Source: Felis catus (lineage: Eukaryota). From it: a DNA stretch of 64,000 nucleotides. The notes under the pieces were generated by a model. That model did no database searches, was not told where the DNA came from, and saw only the letters and a list, made by a program, of their open reading frames with translations. Where the stretch lies: assembly GCF_018350175.1 (NCBI RefSeq), contig NC_058382.1:61816001-61880000 (forward strand), in the 5' to 3' direction. Made by a program: the position numbers and the translations under genes. Below are positions 48,950-63,228 of the stretch, one piece after another (the stretch's first letter is position 1; each line of letters begins with the position of its first letter).

Positions 48950-51010
48950 TAGTTTTAATCTTTATGTCATTTATTTCTCCTCTGACTTTAATTATTTTCA
49001 TCATTCTGCTCTTTGGGGGTTTTGTTTGTTGTCCTCTATCTGGCTTTTATAGTTATAAGGTCATGGAGTTTACTTCAGGGTTTTCTTTTTCTTGAGGCAG
49101 ACCTGTATTGCTATAAACTTCCCTCTTAGAACCAGTTTTCCTGCTTTACAGAAGTTTGGATTGCTGTGTTTTCCTTTTCTTTTGTTTCCATGTCATTTTG
49201 GATTTTGTCTTTGATTTCTTGGTTGAGTCATTGATTGTTTAGTAGCATGTTATTTAACTTCCATGTTTTGTGCCTTTTCCAGATTTTTGTTTCTTGTTGT
49301 AGTCTTCTACTTTCATAGCATTATGGTCTGAAAAGACACATGGTATGACGTCGATCAGTTTGATTTTGTTTTGGCTTGTTTTATGAACTAATATTTTATC
49401 GAGTGTGGGAATGTTCCATGTGCACTTGAAAAGAATGTGTATTGTGCTGTTTTAGGATGGAATGTCTAAAATATATCGGTTAAGTCCATCTGGTCTACTC
49501 TATCATTCAAAGTCACTACTCCCTTGTTGATTTTCTGATGGAATGATGTCTCCATTGATGTCATTGGGGTGTTAAAGTGCCCTACTATGATGGTATGACT
49601 ATCAATTCTTTAGTTTTGGACTGTTTTGTGTATTTGGATGCTCTCAGGTTGAACTCTTATATGTTACAATTGTTCCATCTTTTTGCTGGATGGTACCTTT
49701 TATTAGTATAGTGTCTTCTTTGTCTCTTGTTACCATTTTATTTTTAAATCTATTTTGTTTGATATAGGTATGGCTACTTCAGTTTTCTTTTGATACTTTT
49801 GTTCTTTAACTAGTCTTTTGTAGGTAGGAAATATATGGGTCCTATATTGTATTCATTCTATCACCCAGTGCTTTTTATTATGAAGAGAGAGAGCACAGGC
49901 ATGGTAGGACGGGGTGGGGGGAATGGGAGAAGAGAGAGACAAAGAGAGAAAGAGGGAGAGAGAGAATAAGAATGAGAATGAATCCTCACCAAGTTCCATG
50001 CTCAGTGCTGAGCTCAATTGGGGCTCAATCCCATGATCCTGGGATCATAGCCTGAACTGAAATCAAGAGTCAAAATTTCAAGCGATTGAGCCATCCAGTT
50101 ACCCCTATCTGGCACACAGTACCTTTGATTTGAGCATTTATTTTGTTACCATTCAAAGTAATTGATAGACATGTACTTGTCCTATTACTACTTGATGTTG
50201 GTTGTTTCTGAATTTTTCTGATCCTTTCTTCTCTTTCTCTTTTTTTGGTTTGCTGGGTTTCATCACAATTTCACAGTTGAAATTGCTTGTCTTTATACTC
50301 TGCATATGTATTAGTGGTGTTTGTTCTGTGGTTATTATGAGGTTTGTACCTAACCACTTCTGCATGTAGAGTCTATATTAAGTTGATAGTTCCTTAAGTT
50401 TGAACTGGTTCTTTACTCCTCTCCTCCCCGTGTTGTAGCTATGTAGTGTTCCTATTTCAAAACCTTTCATATCATGAATACCTTGACTGATGTTTTACAG
50501 ATATACACATTTTTATTGCTTCTGCATTTCGCACTTTAATATGGTCACTTTAGGTGTTTCTTTTCCACTTAAAGAGTCCCCTTTAACATTTCTTGCAGGG
50601 GTGGTTTGTTGGTTTTGAGCTCGCTGAGTATTTATTTGGGAACCTCTTGATCTCTCCTCCCATTTAAATGATAGTTTGCTGGATAGACTCTCTTTGGTTG
50701 CAGATGTTTTCCATTCAGCACCTTTACCATACCATGCTGGTCACTTACAGTTTCAAAGTTTCTTCTGAAAAACATCCAGTGATAACCTTGTGGGGCTTCC
50801 CTTGTAGGTAAATGCTGTGTTTTGTTTTCCTGCTGTGAAAATTTTTCTTTATCAGGATATTTTGGGTTTTAATTACTATATTACTTGGTGTGGATCTGCT
50901 TCCGTTGAATATATTGGGGGTTATTTGTGCCTCCTGCTTCTGGACTGTCTCCTTCCCTGCATTAGGGAAGTTTTCATCTATTGTGTCTTCAAATACATTT
51001 TCTGATCCTA
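48950..51010 (-). mobile_element. Decayed L1 (ORF2 endonuclease region through ORF1), with a SINE at about 49880-50105
   Basis: ORF1-like VFEDTIDENFPNAGKETVQKQEAQITP; endonuclease-region 'gttccatgtgcacttgaaaagaatgtgtatt'. Confidence 0.85.
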
Positions 51011-51019
51011 ATTTCTCAG

Positions 51020-53450
51020 AGTTCTGAAAATGAGAAATAGGACAGAAAAGACCTATTGAAGGTTCTCTGATGATCCACTGGATTTGCATGCGTGGAGGAT
51101 AGATTTGGGACTCAAATGAACAACCTACCTTTAACTTCAAAGAACTAGAAAAAAACAACAATCTATGTCCAATGTTCTCAAAAGGGAGAAAGTAATCCAT
51201 ACGAGAGTGCAAACCAATGAAACTGAGACCATGAAGTCAATAGAAAATATGAAGAGGACCAACAGGGGTTTTCAGAAGAGTGAAACAAAATTGTCAAGGC
51301 TATACATAGGCTATGCTAAGACACAGAGAGTACGCATTTCAAAATAATTAGAAATAAAAGAGAAGACATTATGCCTTCTACCAAAGAACATAAAGGAGAC
51401 AAAGAGGGGACTATGGCCAAATTAGATGCCAGCAAACCGCCTGCCTAGAAGAAATGGATAGATTCTTAGAAACACACAACCTACCAAGACTGTACCAGGA
51501 AGAAATAGAAGGTTTGCACAGACCCATTAAAGGACGACTGTATCAATACAAGAAGATAACCAATGCAAGTAAATTGAATCAGTAATTGAAGTTCTCCCAG
51601 GGAAGAAAAGCCCAGGACCAGGTGCATTCACTGGTGAATTTGACCAAATGTTTGTAGAAGAACTAACAGCAGTCGTCTCTCTGATTCAAAAGGAATGAAC
51701 ACCACCAAACTCATTTCATGACACTGGAATTACCCTGGTAGGAAGCCAGAGAAGGATATTACCTGAACAGAAATCTATAGGGCAGTATCCCTGTGATGAA
51801 TATAGATGAATAATTCCCAATAATGTACAGGCAAACCAAATTCAGCAGCACATTAAAAGGGTCATTGACCGTGATGAAGGATTTTTTTCCCTGCAAAGGA
51901 AGGATGTTTCAGAAATGCAAATCAATCAATATGACCCCTCACATAATTGAATGAAAGAAAATCAACCAGAAAGAAGATTCTTAATTATAAATAACAAATG
52001 GAGGGTTACTATAAGGGAGGTGGGTAGGGGGATGGGTTAAATGGGTGATGGGCTAAGGAGGGCACTAGTAGTGAGGATCACTGGGTGTTGTATGTAAGTG
52101 ATGGATGACTACATTCTATACCTGAAGCTAACATTACACTGTATGTTAACCAACTGGAATTTAAATAAAAATTTGAAAAAATAAATACTAAAGAAATACA
52201 TAAATACATTTAAACTAAACTAAATAAGTACATGTTAAAAAAGAAAAAGAAAACACATGTGATGATGTCAGCAGACACAGAAAAACGTTCTGAGAAAATT
52301 TGGTATCCATTTGTGCTAAAAATCTCTTTAAAATTCTGTGTAGAAAGAACATATCTCAACATAAGAAAGGCCGTGTATGTGAAGCCCACAGCTAATATCA
52401 TACTCAGTAGTGAAATTGTGAAAGATTTTCCTCGAAGATCAGGCACAAGACAAGGATGCCCTAGATATGTGAAGGGGATTGGGTGATCAGGCTTCTGGTT
52501 ATGCAATGAATGAATCACAGCTAGAAGATATAGCATAGGGAACATAGAGAATGGTACTGGAGTAGTGATGCATGGTGACAGATGATAGCTACACCTGTGT
52601 TAGCGTAGCAGAAAGTATACATTTGTCCAATCACTATGTTGTTCATCTGAAACTAATGTAACATAGTGTGTCAGCTATTCCCAAATAACATTTTTGTTTT
52701 TAAACAAGGTAAAGGAATGAAATAAAAAGTTTAATGTAAAATAACCTGTTAATATCTAATCAAGAAATGCAGTGAAGTTCCAAACTAGAAAGTCACCATA
52801 TCAAATTCTGTATCATTCCTATACACTAACCCAATTATCTAACAAGAAGTAAAGAAAACAATCCCATTTACAATAGCATCAAAAACAATAAAAATTATAG
52901 GAATAAATTTAGCCAAGGAAATGAAAGATCTCCCTACAGAAAACTGTAAAACCTGTGTGCAGGAATGGAAGAAATTCAATTTGGGTGAAAGAAAGAGGAG
53001 AACACACAAGTCAGTGAAAATCCATCCCTTGTCCAACTTTCGGAGGAATTAATATAGATACAATGTCCATATTACTCAAAGCCATCTAGAGATTCAGTGC
53101 AATTTCTATCAAGACTCCGATGCAATTTTTATGCAATTAGAAAATCATATCCTAAAATTTATTTGGAACCACAAAAAGACCCCAAATAGCCAACGCAAGA
53201 AAGAACAAAACAGGAGGCATCACACTTCTTGATTTCAAGCGTCATTCTAACACAAAGAAATCAATTATGTTACTGGCATAAGCACACACACAAGACAATG
53301 GAACAGAAATTGAGAGCCCAAACTAAACCCATGCATCACAGTCACCTAGTATTCGACAAGGGAGTCAATAATACACAGTGGAGAAGAGTAGTCTTTTGAA
53401 TAACTGGTGCTGGGAAAATTGGATATTCACATGTATAAGAACAAAGTTTG
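51020..53450 (+). mobile_element. Older plus-strand L1 ORF2 mosaic with nested L1 3' ends (about 51955-52210 and 52465-52700)
   Basis: 'aaagcccaggaccaggtgcattcactggtgaatt' (KSPGPGAFTGEF) and [29 protein letters not shown]. Confidence 0.85.
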
Positions 53451-54516
53451 GCACCGTATAATACACCGCTCCCTAGAGAGTGAAAGGAAGAAATAGAGAG
53501 AGATGTGGTTAGAGAGAAACAGAGACAAAGAGGAAGTACAAGAAGGAAAGTAGAGACCTGGTCCGGTTATGTGGACAGGGTTAGATGGGCCAGGGGAGAG
53601 GGGATGTATGAAGTGGCTCTGAGTGCTGGGGTAGAAAGGGCTTATATCATGGGCATCAGAGTTCCATGGCCCCAAGACTCCAATATCCCTGGGTCCAAGT
53701 TCTGCAGAGGCCATTGGAATTGAAAAGATGGGTAGCCCTCATTTCTTCTGGAATTGTGAGGTTCAGCCTCACGTTCTGTCATGGAGAGGGATGTCTTGAG
53801 GGAGAGTGTGCTGCTCTTTGGCAGGTAAACTCCATAGCCTGCCCTGTGGGGAGGTGTCCCCGGGCCATCTCCTTCACTGCCCCAGGCTCTGTTGGATTTC
53901 CCCCCTCCCCCACCAGCTGGCTTTCCTTAAGTTCTGAACCCAGGCATCAGGCATTTTGTTGCCCCCAGGTCCTGCAGTCTGGACCTGGCAGAGGTGGACT
54001 AGTAATATTGATAAAAAAAAATATTTGACAATAAGGTACATATCCTCCCTCTGGGACTAGCGGTGTGCATCCAAATCAAAGGTTGCTATCCTCCTCTCCA
54101 CAACCAATCTGAGGAATCCAGAAGGTAGGTGGACCCTTTCAAACACCCTAGTCTTCTCTTACATCAAATTCAAAGACATTTTCTTGACCCAGCTTTCTTT
54201 TAATTCTGAAGAGATGGCAATTAGTAATTGAAGGCATAATAGTCCTATAGGAAATTGACCTATATGACTGATGGACATTATTCCATCCATCCGTATCCCT
54301 AAAGCACACTTCATTGGAAATATTAGCCAAGGATACACACTGTAAATTCACAACAGATGTGTAGCTCCCTGTAAGTTGTATTCTGACCTTGTCACATATG
54401 TGTCATCAAAGATATTATTAGTGACTTTTCAGATAAACTTTCAGATAACCTTCAAGAAGGTGATGTTAGAGAATCTGGTATAAATGGAAATTCGCAGATT
54501 CTAAATGAGGAATGAT

Positions 54517-54714
54517 TTTTCATTTTTAATGTTTCTTTTTTTGAGAGAACCCAAACTGGGGAGGGGGATAGAGTGGGAGACACCGAATATGAGGCAGGCT
54601 CGAGGCTCTGAGCTCTCAGGACGGAGCCTGATGCGGGGCTCAAACTCATGGACTGCCAAATCCTGACTTGACTCAAAGTCGGACGCTTAACCGACTAAGC
54701 CACCCAAGCGCCCC
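54517..54714 (-). mobile_element. Can-SINE
   Basis: Body ending ccacccaagcgcccc; TSD-like aggaa.gat. Confidence 0.9.
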
Positions 54715-56069
54715 AGGAAAGATAGTTTATTGGCAAAGAAGAAGAAATTAAAGATAGTGTAAAGGATGTCTATTTTTAATTGAAATATTGTTCACACATT
54801 TGTTGTGTTAGTTTTAGGCATACATTGTAGTCATTCCATATGTCTATACATTATGTTGTACTCAACCACAAGTGTAGCTATCATGTGAAAGCATGCAACA
54901 GTATTATTACAGGATTGACTCCATTCCACTGGCTGTCCCTTGTATCCCTAGGACTCATTCACTCCATAGCTGGACGCCGGTATCTCTCTCTCTCTCAATG
55001 GTGTCCATTCTTTACCTAACCTAAGTATTTTGGTGGTAAATAAAATTACCTCTTGTTCAGCATGTGTAAATCGGTGGTCTATTTTTCTGTGAATATTGCT
55101 TAAAACATTACCAATGATGTCGTTACGTTAATAAATTCGGTTTCATTCTTCACTCACAAGAAAGGAGAAGGAACAGATTTTGTGTTCCAGGCCCTGTCAC
55201 TAAAACCTTCCCAACGAGGAGGACAGGCTTAGTTGCCCAGAGCACCTTCGGTCTCTCAGCTGAGCAACCAGGGCCTTCAACATTGAAGGAATTCCCATGG
55301 TGGCCAGCAGAGAGAGCTCAAGCACCACAGACCCCCGAGGGGCGGGTTCCTCTGCTGGGCAGTGATAGCCAGCAGAGGGCGCACCATCTGCTTTTCTGAC
55401 CCAGGGCACCTCAGAGCAGGAAGGGCTTCGATTGCTCTCAGAGGACTCAGGCCTCTGCTGGTGCCTCAGTACAGACAGCAGAGCTGCATTTCCAGCAGGT
55501 TCTGCCACCCGCCCCACGGGAGACCTTGGGAGCTTAGTAGCAACTTGGCATCTCCTGAGTCGCCAGAGAGAAGCTGCCTTGTTGTACTGAGTGCTGAGGA
55601 GGGGGCGCCGGGTGGCGTCCCTGATCAAGCTGGTTGCTGAGCTGCACAGTCCTTTGCATTTTCTGGGCTGTTCCCGTATTTCATTCCACCCCTTCCCAGA
55701 CAGTGTTTGAACAAGACGTATTTTACTAAAGGACTTGTGGATTGCGGGGTCCCACGACATCACCTCATAGATGCAGTCGATGGTTTGTTCCAGATCCAGG
55801 CTTGTTTCCGGGAAGTAACCCTAACAGAAATTCAGAAGCACGGGAGCTGCATTCAATTAGGACGTGGATCCATGAAATGCTCGTCTCACGACCTTCTAGA
55901 TGAATGAGCTGGGACCCATGTTCCGAGTCCTGCTGGACCCAGAGACCAAGGTAAGGGCACAAACTGTCCCACACATCATACATGCTTTTTAAAAAAATTC
56001 ATGGTTATTTTTCCAACCTAGTGAAGAGATTGAAAACTACAGAAAACCTGGTAGGTAGGTGTCATTAAC

Positions 56070-59000
56070 CTTTTGTTATCTTTTAATTTAAATTCCAGTG
56101 AGTGAAGACACAGTGTAATATTAGTTTCAGGTGTCCTATATAGAGCAACACTTCCACACATCACCCGGTACTCATCCCAGGTGTACTTCTTAATCCCCAT
56201 CAGCTGTTTCACCCATTCCCTCACCTCGCTGCGGAACTCCTCAGTTTGTTTCCTAGTTAAGAGTCCGTTTGTCTCCTCCCCCCCCCCCCCTTTGTTTTGT
56301 TTTCTTGCCATGTGTTAGTGAAATCATTGGGTATTTGTCTTTCTCCGACAGGCTTATTTCACCCAGCATAACATTCTCTCTCTCCATCCGCCTCGTGGCA
56401 AATGGCAAGATTTCATGTTTTTACGGCTAAATAATATTACATTCCATAGACCACATCTCAATTTATTCATCAGTTGATGGATGCTTGGATAGTTTCTGTA
56501 ATTTGGCTGTTGTAGAAAATGCTGCTGTAAACATCATGGTGCATGTATCCCTTTGAAGATTTTGTATTCTTTGTGGAAATACCTTGTAGTGAAATTGCTG
56601 GATTGTAAGGTACGTCTATTTCCAGTTTTTTTTTTTTTTTTGACATCTCCATGTGGTTTTCCAGAGTGGCTGCACCAGTTTGCATTCCTACCCACAGTGC
56701 AAGAGCGTTATTCTTCCCCACATCCTTGGCAACACCTGCTGTGTCATCCTTCATTGATTTTAGTCATTGTGACAGATGTGATGTGTTACCTCATTGTACT
56801 TTTGAATTGTATTTCCCTGAAGATCAGCATTGTTGAGCATTTTTTCATGTGTCTCTTGGCCATGTATATGTCTTCCTTCAGGAAATGTCCATTCGTGTCT
56901 TCTGCCCATTTTTAATCAGATTTCTTATTTTTTGGGTGCTGTATAACTGTATATATTTTGGACACTAACTCTTTATCCGATGTCGTTTGCAAATATCATT
57001 CTGTTGATGTTTTAGTTTTGTTGATTATTTCCTTGGTGACAGAAGGTTTTAATTTTTATAAAGTCTCATTATTTTTGTTTGTGTTTCCCTTACCTCTAGA
57101 GATATATCTACAAAGACATTTGTACAGGCAATGTCAAATAAGATACTACCCGTGTTATCCTCTGGGATTTTTATGGTTTCAGGTTTCACATATAGGTCTT
57201 TGTCCATGTTGGATTTATTTTGTGTATGTTGTAAGAAAGTGGTCCGTTGTTTTTGTTTTGCTTTGTAGATTGCTGTCCAGTTTTTCCAAAACCATATGCT
57301 GAGGAGCCTTTTTTTAAATTTATGTATTTATTTTTGAGAGAGAGAGAGAGCATGCAGAAGAGGGGCGGAGAGAAATGGAGAGAGAGAATCCCACGCATGC
57401 TTTGCACTGCCCTGAGATCATGACCTGAGCTGAATCCACAATCACACGCTTTTGTGACTGGGCCACCCATGTGTCCCAAGACTATCTTTTTTTCCATTGG
57501 ATGTTCTTTCCTGCTTTGTTGAGAATTAATTGACCATAGAGGTGTGAGTTTATTTCTGGGTTTCCATGCTATTGATCTATGCGTATGAGTTTGTTGTTGT
57601 TTTTTTGTCAGTACCATACTGTTCTGATCAGTATAGCTTTGTAATATAACCTAAAGTCTGGAATTGTGATGTCTCCAGCTTTGCTTTTCTTCTTCAAGTT
57701 TGTTTTGGCTGTTTGAGGACTTTTGTCATTCCATACAAATTTTGAGATTATTTGTTCTTGTTCTGTGACAAATGTTTTTGTTAGTGTGATAGGGATTTCA
57801 TTACATGTGTAGATTGTTTTGAGGAGTGTAGACATTTTAACAGTATTTTGTGCTTCCCATCCATGAACATGAAATGTATGTCCATTTCTTTGTGTCCTCT
57901 TCCATTTCTTTCATCAGTGTTTCATAGCCTTTAGAGTACAGGTCTTTCACCTCTTTGGTTAGGTGTATTCCTGGTTTCTTGTGGTATTTGTGAGCCTGTC
58001 AATGGGATTGATCCCTTACTTTCTCTCTGTGTTAATTCATGATTTGTGTTAGAAATTCAATACATCTATGTTCCTTGATTTCTGTAGATTGTGACCTGTC
58101 GAATTCATATATCGATTCTAGCAATTTTTAAGGGAGCCTTTCATGTTTTTTATAGAACCTATCATGTCAGTTCCAAACAGCGAAAGTGCTACTTCTTCCT
58201 TGCCGATTTGGATGCCTCTTATTTCTTTTTGTTGTCTGAGTGCTGTGGTTAGGGTTTCCCGTACTATGTGGGATAACAGTGGTGAGAGGGGTCATTCCTA
58301 TCTTGTCCCTGACCTTGGAAGAAAAACTTTCAATTTTTCCCCATTGAGGATGAGATGAGCTGTGGGTTTTTCCTAGATGACCTTTATTATGTGCAGGTAG
58401 GTTGAGTCTCAATGTACTTTGGTGAGGGTTTTTATCATGAATGGATGTGACATTTTATCAAATAGTTTTCCTGCATCTGTTGAAAGCATCATATTGTTCT
58501 TATCCTTCTATTACTGTGGTGCATCATGTTGATTGATATGTGAATGTGGAACCACCCTTGCAGGCCAGGAATATATCCCACTTGATTATGGTAAATGATT
58601 CTATTAATGTATTGTTGACTTTAACTTGAAGGTATTTTAATGAGAATTTCGGCATACCTAGTCCTCAGGCTATTGCTCTGCAGTTTTATTTAAAAAATTT
58701 TTAAACATGTTTTAAATGTTTCTTTCCTTAGAGTACATAAAAGTGAGGGAGGGGCAGAGAGACAGGGAGAGAGAGAATCCTGGCCATGCCCCACCCTGTC
58801 ATGGCAGGGCCCAACGTGGGACTCGAAACCACGCACCACAAGATAATGTCCTCATCCAAAATTAAGAGTTGGACAGTAAACCGACCGACCCACACAGGCG
58901 CCGCTGCAGTTTTCGGTTTTAGTGGAGGCTTCATCTCATTTTGGTATCAGGGTAATGATGGCCTCATACGATGAATTTGTAAGTTTTCCTTCTTTTTTTA

Positions 59001-60190
59001 TTTTTTGTAATAATTCGAGGAGAATATATATTACCTCTTCCTTAAATGGATGGTAGAATTCATCAATGAAGCCATCTGGCCATGAACTCTTGTGTTGGGG
59101 AGAGATTTTTTTAAATTACTGATGGGGTATCTTTCTGTTTTCAGATTTTAGATATCTTCCTGTTTCAGTTTTGGTAGTTTGTGTGTTTCTAGGAATTTGT
59201 CCATTTTTCTCAGAGTGTCCAATTTGTTGAATATAGTTGTTCATAATATTATCTTCCAATTGTATTTTTGTGGTGTTGACTGTTATTTCTCCTTTCTTAT
59301 TTGTGATTTTATTTATTTGAGTCCTTTCTGTCTTCTTTGTGAAGAGTCTGCCTAGGAGGTTTTCAAGTTGATTACTGCTTTCAAAGAACCAGCCCCTGGT
59401 TTCATTGATTTGGTCTAGTGTCTTTTTGGTTTCTATATTCCTTATTTCTGCCCTAAACTCTATTATTTCCTTCCTTCTGCTGCTCTTTTTCTCATTCCTT
59501 TAGGTTTAAGTTAGGATTGTTTGAGATTTTTCTTGTTCTTTAAGGTAGGCTTGTATTGCTATATACTTCCATCATAGACTGCTTTTGCCGCATTCCAAAG
59601 GGTTTTACCAGTGTATTTTCATTTTTATTTGTTTCAGTGTATTTTTTCATTGATTTCCTGTTTGACCCATTCATTTCGTAGCATGTTATTTAACCTCCCT
59701 TTATTTGTGGCCTTCCCCCCCGCCCTTTTTTTTTGTGGTTGACTTCAAGTTTCCTAGCTTTGTGGTCAGAAAAGATGCTTGGTCTGATCTCTGTCTTTGG
59801 GTACCTCTTGAGACCTGATTTGTGACCTAGAATGTGATCAATTCTGGAGAACATCCCATGCATGCTTGAAAAGAATGTGTACTCTGCCATTTTAGTATGG
59901 AGTGTTCTGAATGTAGCTGTTAAACCCTTCTGGTCCAGTGTGTCATTCAAAGCCATTGTTTCCTTGTTGACTTTATGTTTATAGGTTCTGTCCATTGATG
60001 TGAGTGATGTGTTAAAGTCCTCTACTATCATCATATTATTATAAATGAGTTCGTTTATGGTTGTTCCTAAATGTTTTATATACTTGGTGATCGCATGTTG
60101 GATGCATCAAAATTTACAATCATTGGATCTTCTTGTTTGGCTGTTCCCTTTAGTATGAGATCATGTCTGTCTTCATCTCTTGTTATAGTT

Positions 60191-60234
<44 letters not shown>

Positions 60235-61430
60235 ATTTAATGGGGCGCCTGGGTGGCTCAGTCGTTTGGGTGGCAGACTTCGGCTCAGGTCATGATCTCG
60301 CGGTCCGTGAGTCGAGCCCCGTGTCGGGCTCTGTGTTCACAGCTCAGAGCCTGGAGCCTGTTTCAGATTCTGTGTCTCCCTCTCTCTGACCCTCCCCCGT
60401 TCATGCTCTGTCTCTTTCTGTCTCAAAAAATAAATAAACGTTAAATTTAAGTCTTAGTTGACATGCAGTGCATTCTCGGATTTAGGAGTAGAATTCAGTG
60501 ATTCATCCTTTACATACAACACCCAGTGCTCATCACAACAAGTGCTCTCCTTAATACTCGTCCTCCATCTAGCCCAGTGCTGACCCTTCTCCCTCCATCA
60601 ACTTTCACTTTTTTTTCTCTAACATTAAGAGACTCATGTGGTTTGTTACCATGCTTCTCTTTTCCTGCCTCCTTCCCTAGTTTTCATGTGTTTTGTTTCT
60701 TAACTTCCACATGAGTGAAATCATATATGTGTCTTTCTCTGATTGACATATTGCACGTAGCATAATACATTCGAGCTCCATCCACATCGTTGCAAATGGC
60801 AAGATTTCATTCTTCTTGAAGCTGAGTTATATTTCATTGTATATACGTATGTATGTATATATGAACATACACATATGTCCACATGCATATACATATGTAT
60901 ACATACACACACACACACCACAACTTCTTTACACCTTCATCAGTTGATGGATACTTGGGCTTTCTCCATAGTTGGGCTACTGTTGATAACTCTGCTATAA
61001 ATATTGGGTGCATGCAATGTCACTATTTGGTATTTACCCAAAGGGTACCAAAATAGAGTCTCGGTTTTAAAGTTTATTTTGCCTGATATAAGTATTGTTA
61101 CTGGCTTTCTTTTGACATTATTGGCATGATAAATATTTCTTCATTCCCTCACTTCAAATCTGCAGGAGACAAGTCCAAATAAGGCTTTGTAGGCAGCATC
61201 TAGATAGACATTGTTTTTTGTTTGTTTGTTTTGTCCATTCTGACGCCCTATCCAATGTCTTTTGATTGGAGCATTTAGTCCATTTATATTCAGAGTGATT
61301 ATTGATAGGTATATATTTAGTCCCATGCTACTAGTTGTTTTGTCATTGTTTCCTGATGTTTTCTTGTCTGTAACATTTTTAGTCTTTCCTTTCCACTCAA
61401 GAGCCCATTTAAATATTCTTTTCTTTTGAC
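56070..61430 (-). mobile_element. Carnivore L1 (3'UTR through ORF2 start), with nested SINEs (57308-57477 -, 58688-58903 -) and a nested L1 3' end (60189-61060)
   Basis: Endonuclease motifs IVEDFNTSLTSMDR...YTFFSSMHGMFSRIDHILGHK...IFSDHK (59690-60034); ORF2 start MGLNIYLSIITLNINGLNAPIKRH (61141-61326). Confidence 0.92.
60242..60441 (+). mobile_element. Can-SINE (felid type) inserted antisense next to an L1 (TTTA)n tail
   Basis: Full body; TSD taaatttaa. Confidence 0.93.
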
Positions 61431-61439
61431 TGGTGGTAC

Positions 61440-62674
61440 ATTTCTTTACTTATTTTTAATATTTCTTCTTTTTAAAATTTAAGCCCAAGTTAGTTACCTT
61501 ATAGAGGAATACAGTTTCAGCAGTAGAATTTAGTGATCCATCAAGTACAAAATAGACCCAATATTCATCCCAAGGTCCACCCCTAATGCCCATCACCCAT
61601 TTAGCCCATACCCCTATTCAGTAACCCTCCAGGAACCCTGAGGTTCTTCCCTCTATTTAACAGTCTCTTATCGTTTGACTCCCTCTCTGTGTGTATCTTA
61701 TTTTTGCTTTCCTTGCACTATGTTCATCAGTTTTATTAAATTCAACAGATGAGAGAAATCATAGGATGTGTGTCGTTCTCTGACATATTTTGCTTAGCTT
61801 AAGAAAGTCCGGTTCCATCCCCGTTGTTGCAAATAGCGAGATTTCATTCTTTTTGATCTCCGAGTAATAGTCCATTGTATGAATATACCATATCTTCTTT
61901 ATCCATTCATCTGTCGGTGGTCATTTGGGCTCTTTGCATAACTTAGCTATTGTTGATAATGCTGCTATAAATATTGGAGTACATGTGTCACTTCGAGTCA
62001 GCGTTAGTGTGTCTTTTGGGTAAAAGTACCTAGTAGTGCAATTGCTGGGTCCTAGTGTAGTTCTATTTTTTGTTTTTGTGACGAATCTCCATACTATTGT
62101 CCAGAATGGCTACACCACTTTGCATTCGCACCAGCATTGCAAAAGGGTTCCCTTTCCCTGCATCCTTGCCAACATCTGTCGTTTCTGGAGATGTTAATTT
62201 TAGCCATTCTGATAGGTGTGAGGGGATATCTCATTGTGGTTTTGATTTGTATTTCAGTGATGACGAGTGAGATTGAGCATCTTTTCATGTGTGACCAATC
62301 TGGATGTCATCTTTCTTAAAGTGTCTCTTCATGTCTTTTGCCCATTTCTTCACTGGATTATTTGGTTTCTGGGTGTTGAGTGTGATCAGTTTTTTATAGA
62401 TTTTGGATACTAACCCTTTATCTGATATGTCACCTGCAAATATCTTCTCCCATTTCATTCAGTTGCCTTTTAGTTTGGCTGATTGTCTCCCCTGCTGTGC
62501 AGAAGCTTTTTATCTTGAGGTCCCAATAGTTCATTGTGGTTTTTATTGCCCTTGCTTCTGGAGACATGACAAGCGAGAAGTTGCTGCAGCCAGGATCAAG
62601 GAGGTGCATTGCCTGTTATCTCCTCTAGGATTTTGATGGTTCCTGACTTACATTTAGATCATTCATCCATTTTG

Positions 62675-62723
<49 letters not shown>

Positions 62724-63228
62724 CCGTTTAAGAACAGTGTCCAGGTTCATCATTCTCACTGTCCAGTATTCCTAGTACCATTTGCTGAAGAGACTCTTAT
62801 TCCATTGGATATTCTTTCTGTGTTAACAAAGATTACTCACCATATGTTTGAGGGTATATTTCTGGGTTCCATATTCTGTTCCATTGACGTCTGTCTCCAT
62901 TTCTGTGCCTGTACATACTGTCTTGATGAATGCAGCTTTCTAATACACCACAAATCCAAAATAGTTATGTTTCCACCTTTGTTTTCTTTTTCAACATGAT
63001 TTTGGCTTTTGGTATCTTTTCTGGATCCTTACACATTTTAGGGTTGTTTGTTCTAGCTCTGTGGAGAAAGCTCGTGTTATTTTGATAGGATTGCATTGAG
63101 TGTGTCGACTGCTTTGGTAGTATTGACATCTAAACAATGTTTGTTCTTCTAATACGTGAGCATGGAATGTTTTCCATTTCTTTGGGTTTCTTCAATTTTT
63201 CTCATAGACGATTTATGGTTTGTTGCTT
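61440..63228 (-). mobile_element. L1 3' end, truncated by FA-SAT array 3
   Basis: [31 protein letters not shown]...RCWQGC (ORF2 C-terminal region); (TG)n at 62677-62716. Confidence 0.9.

Noticed and set aside
55200..55763. 187-aa minus-strand ORF
   Set aside because: Composition fits a chance ORF in GC-rich DNA; no recognisable family
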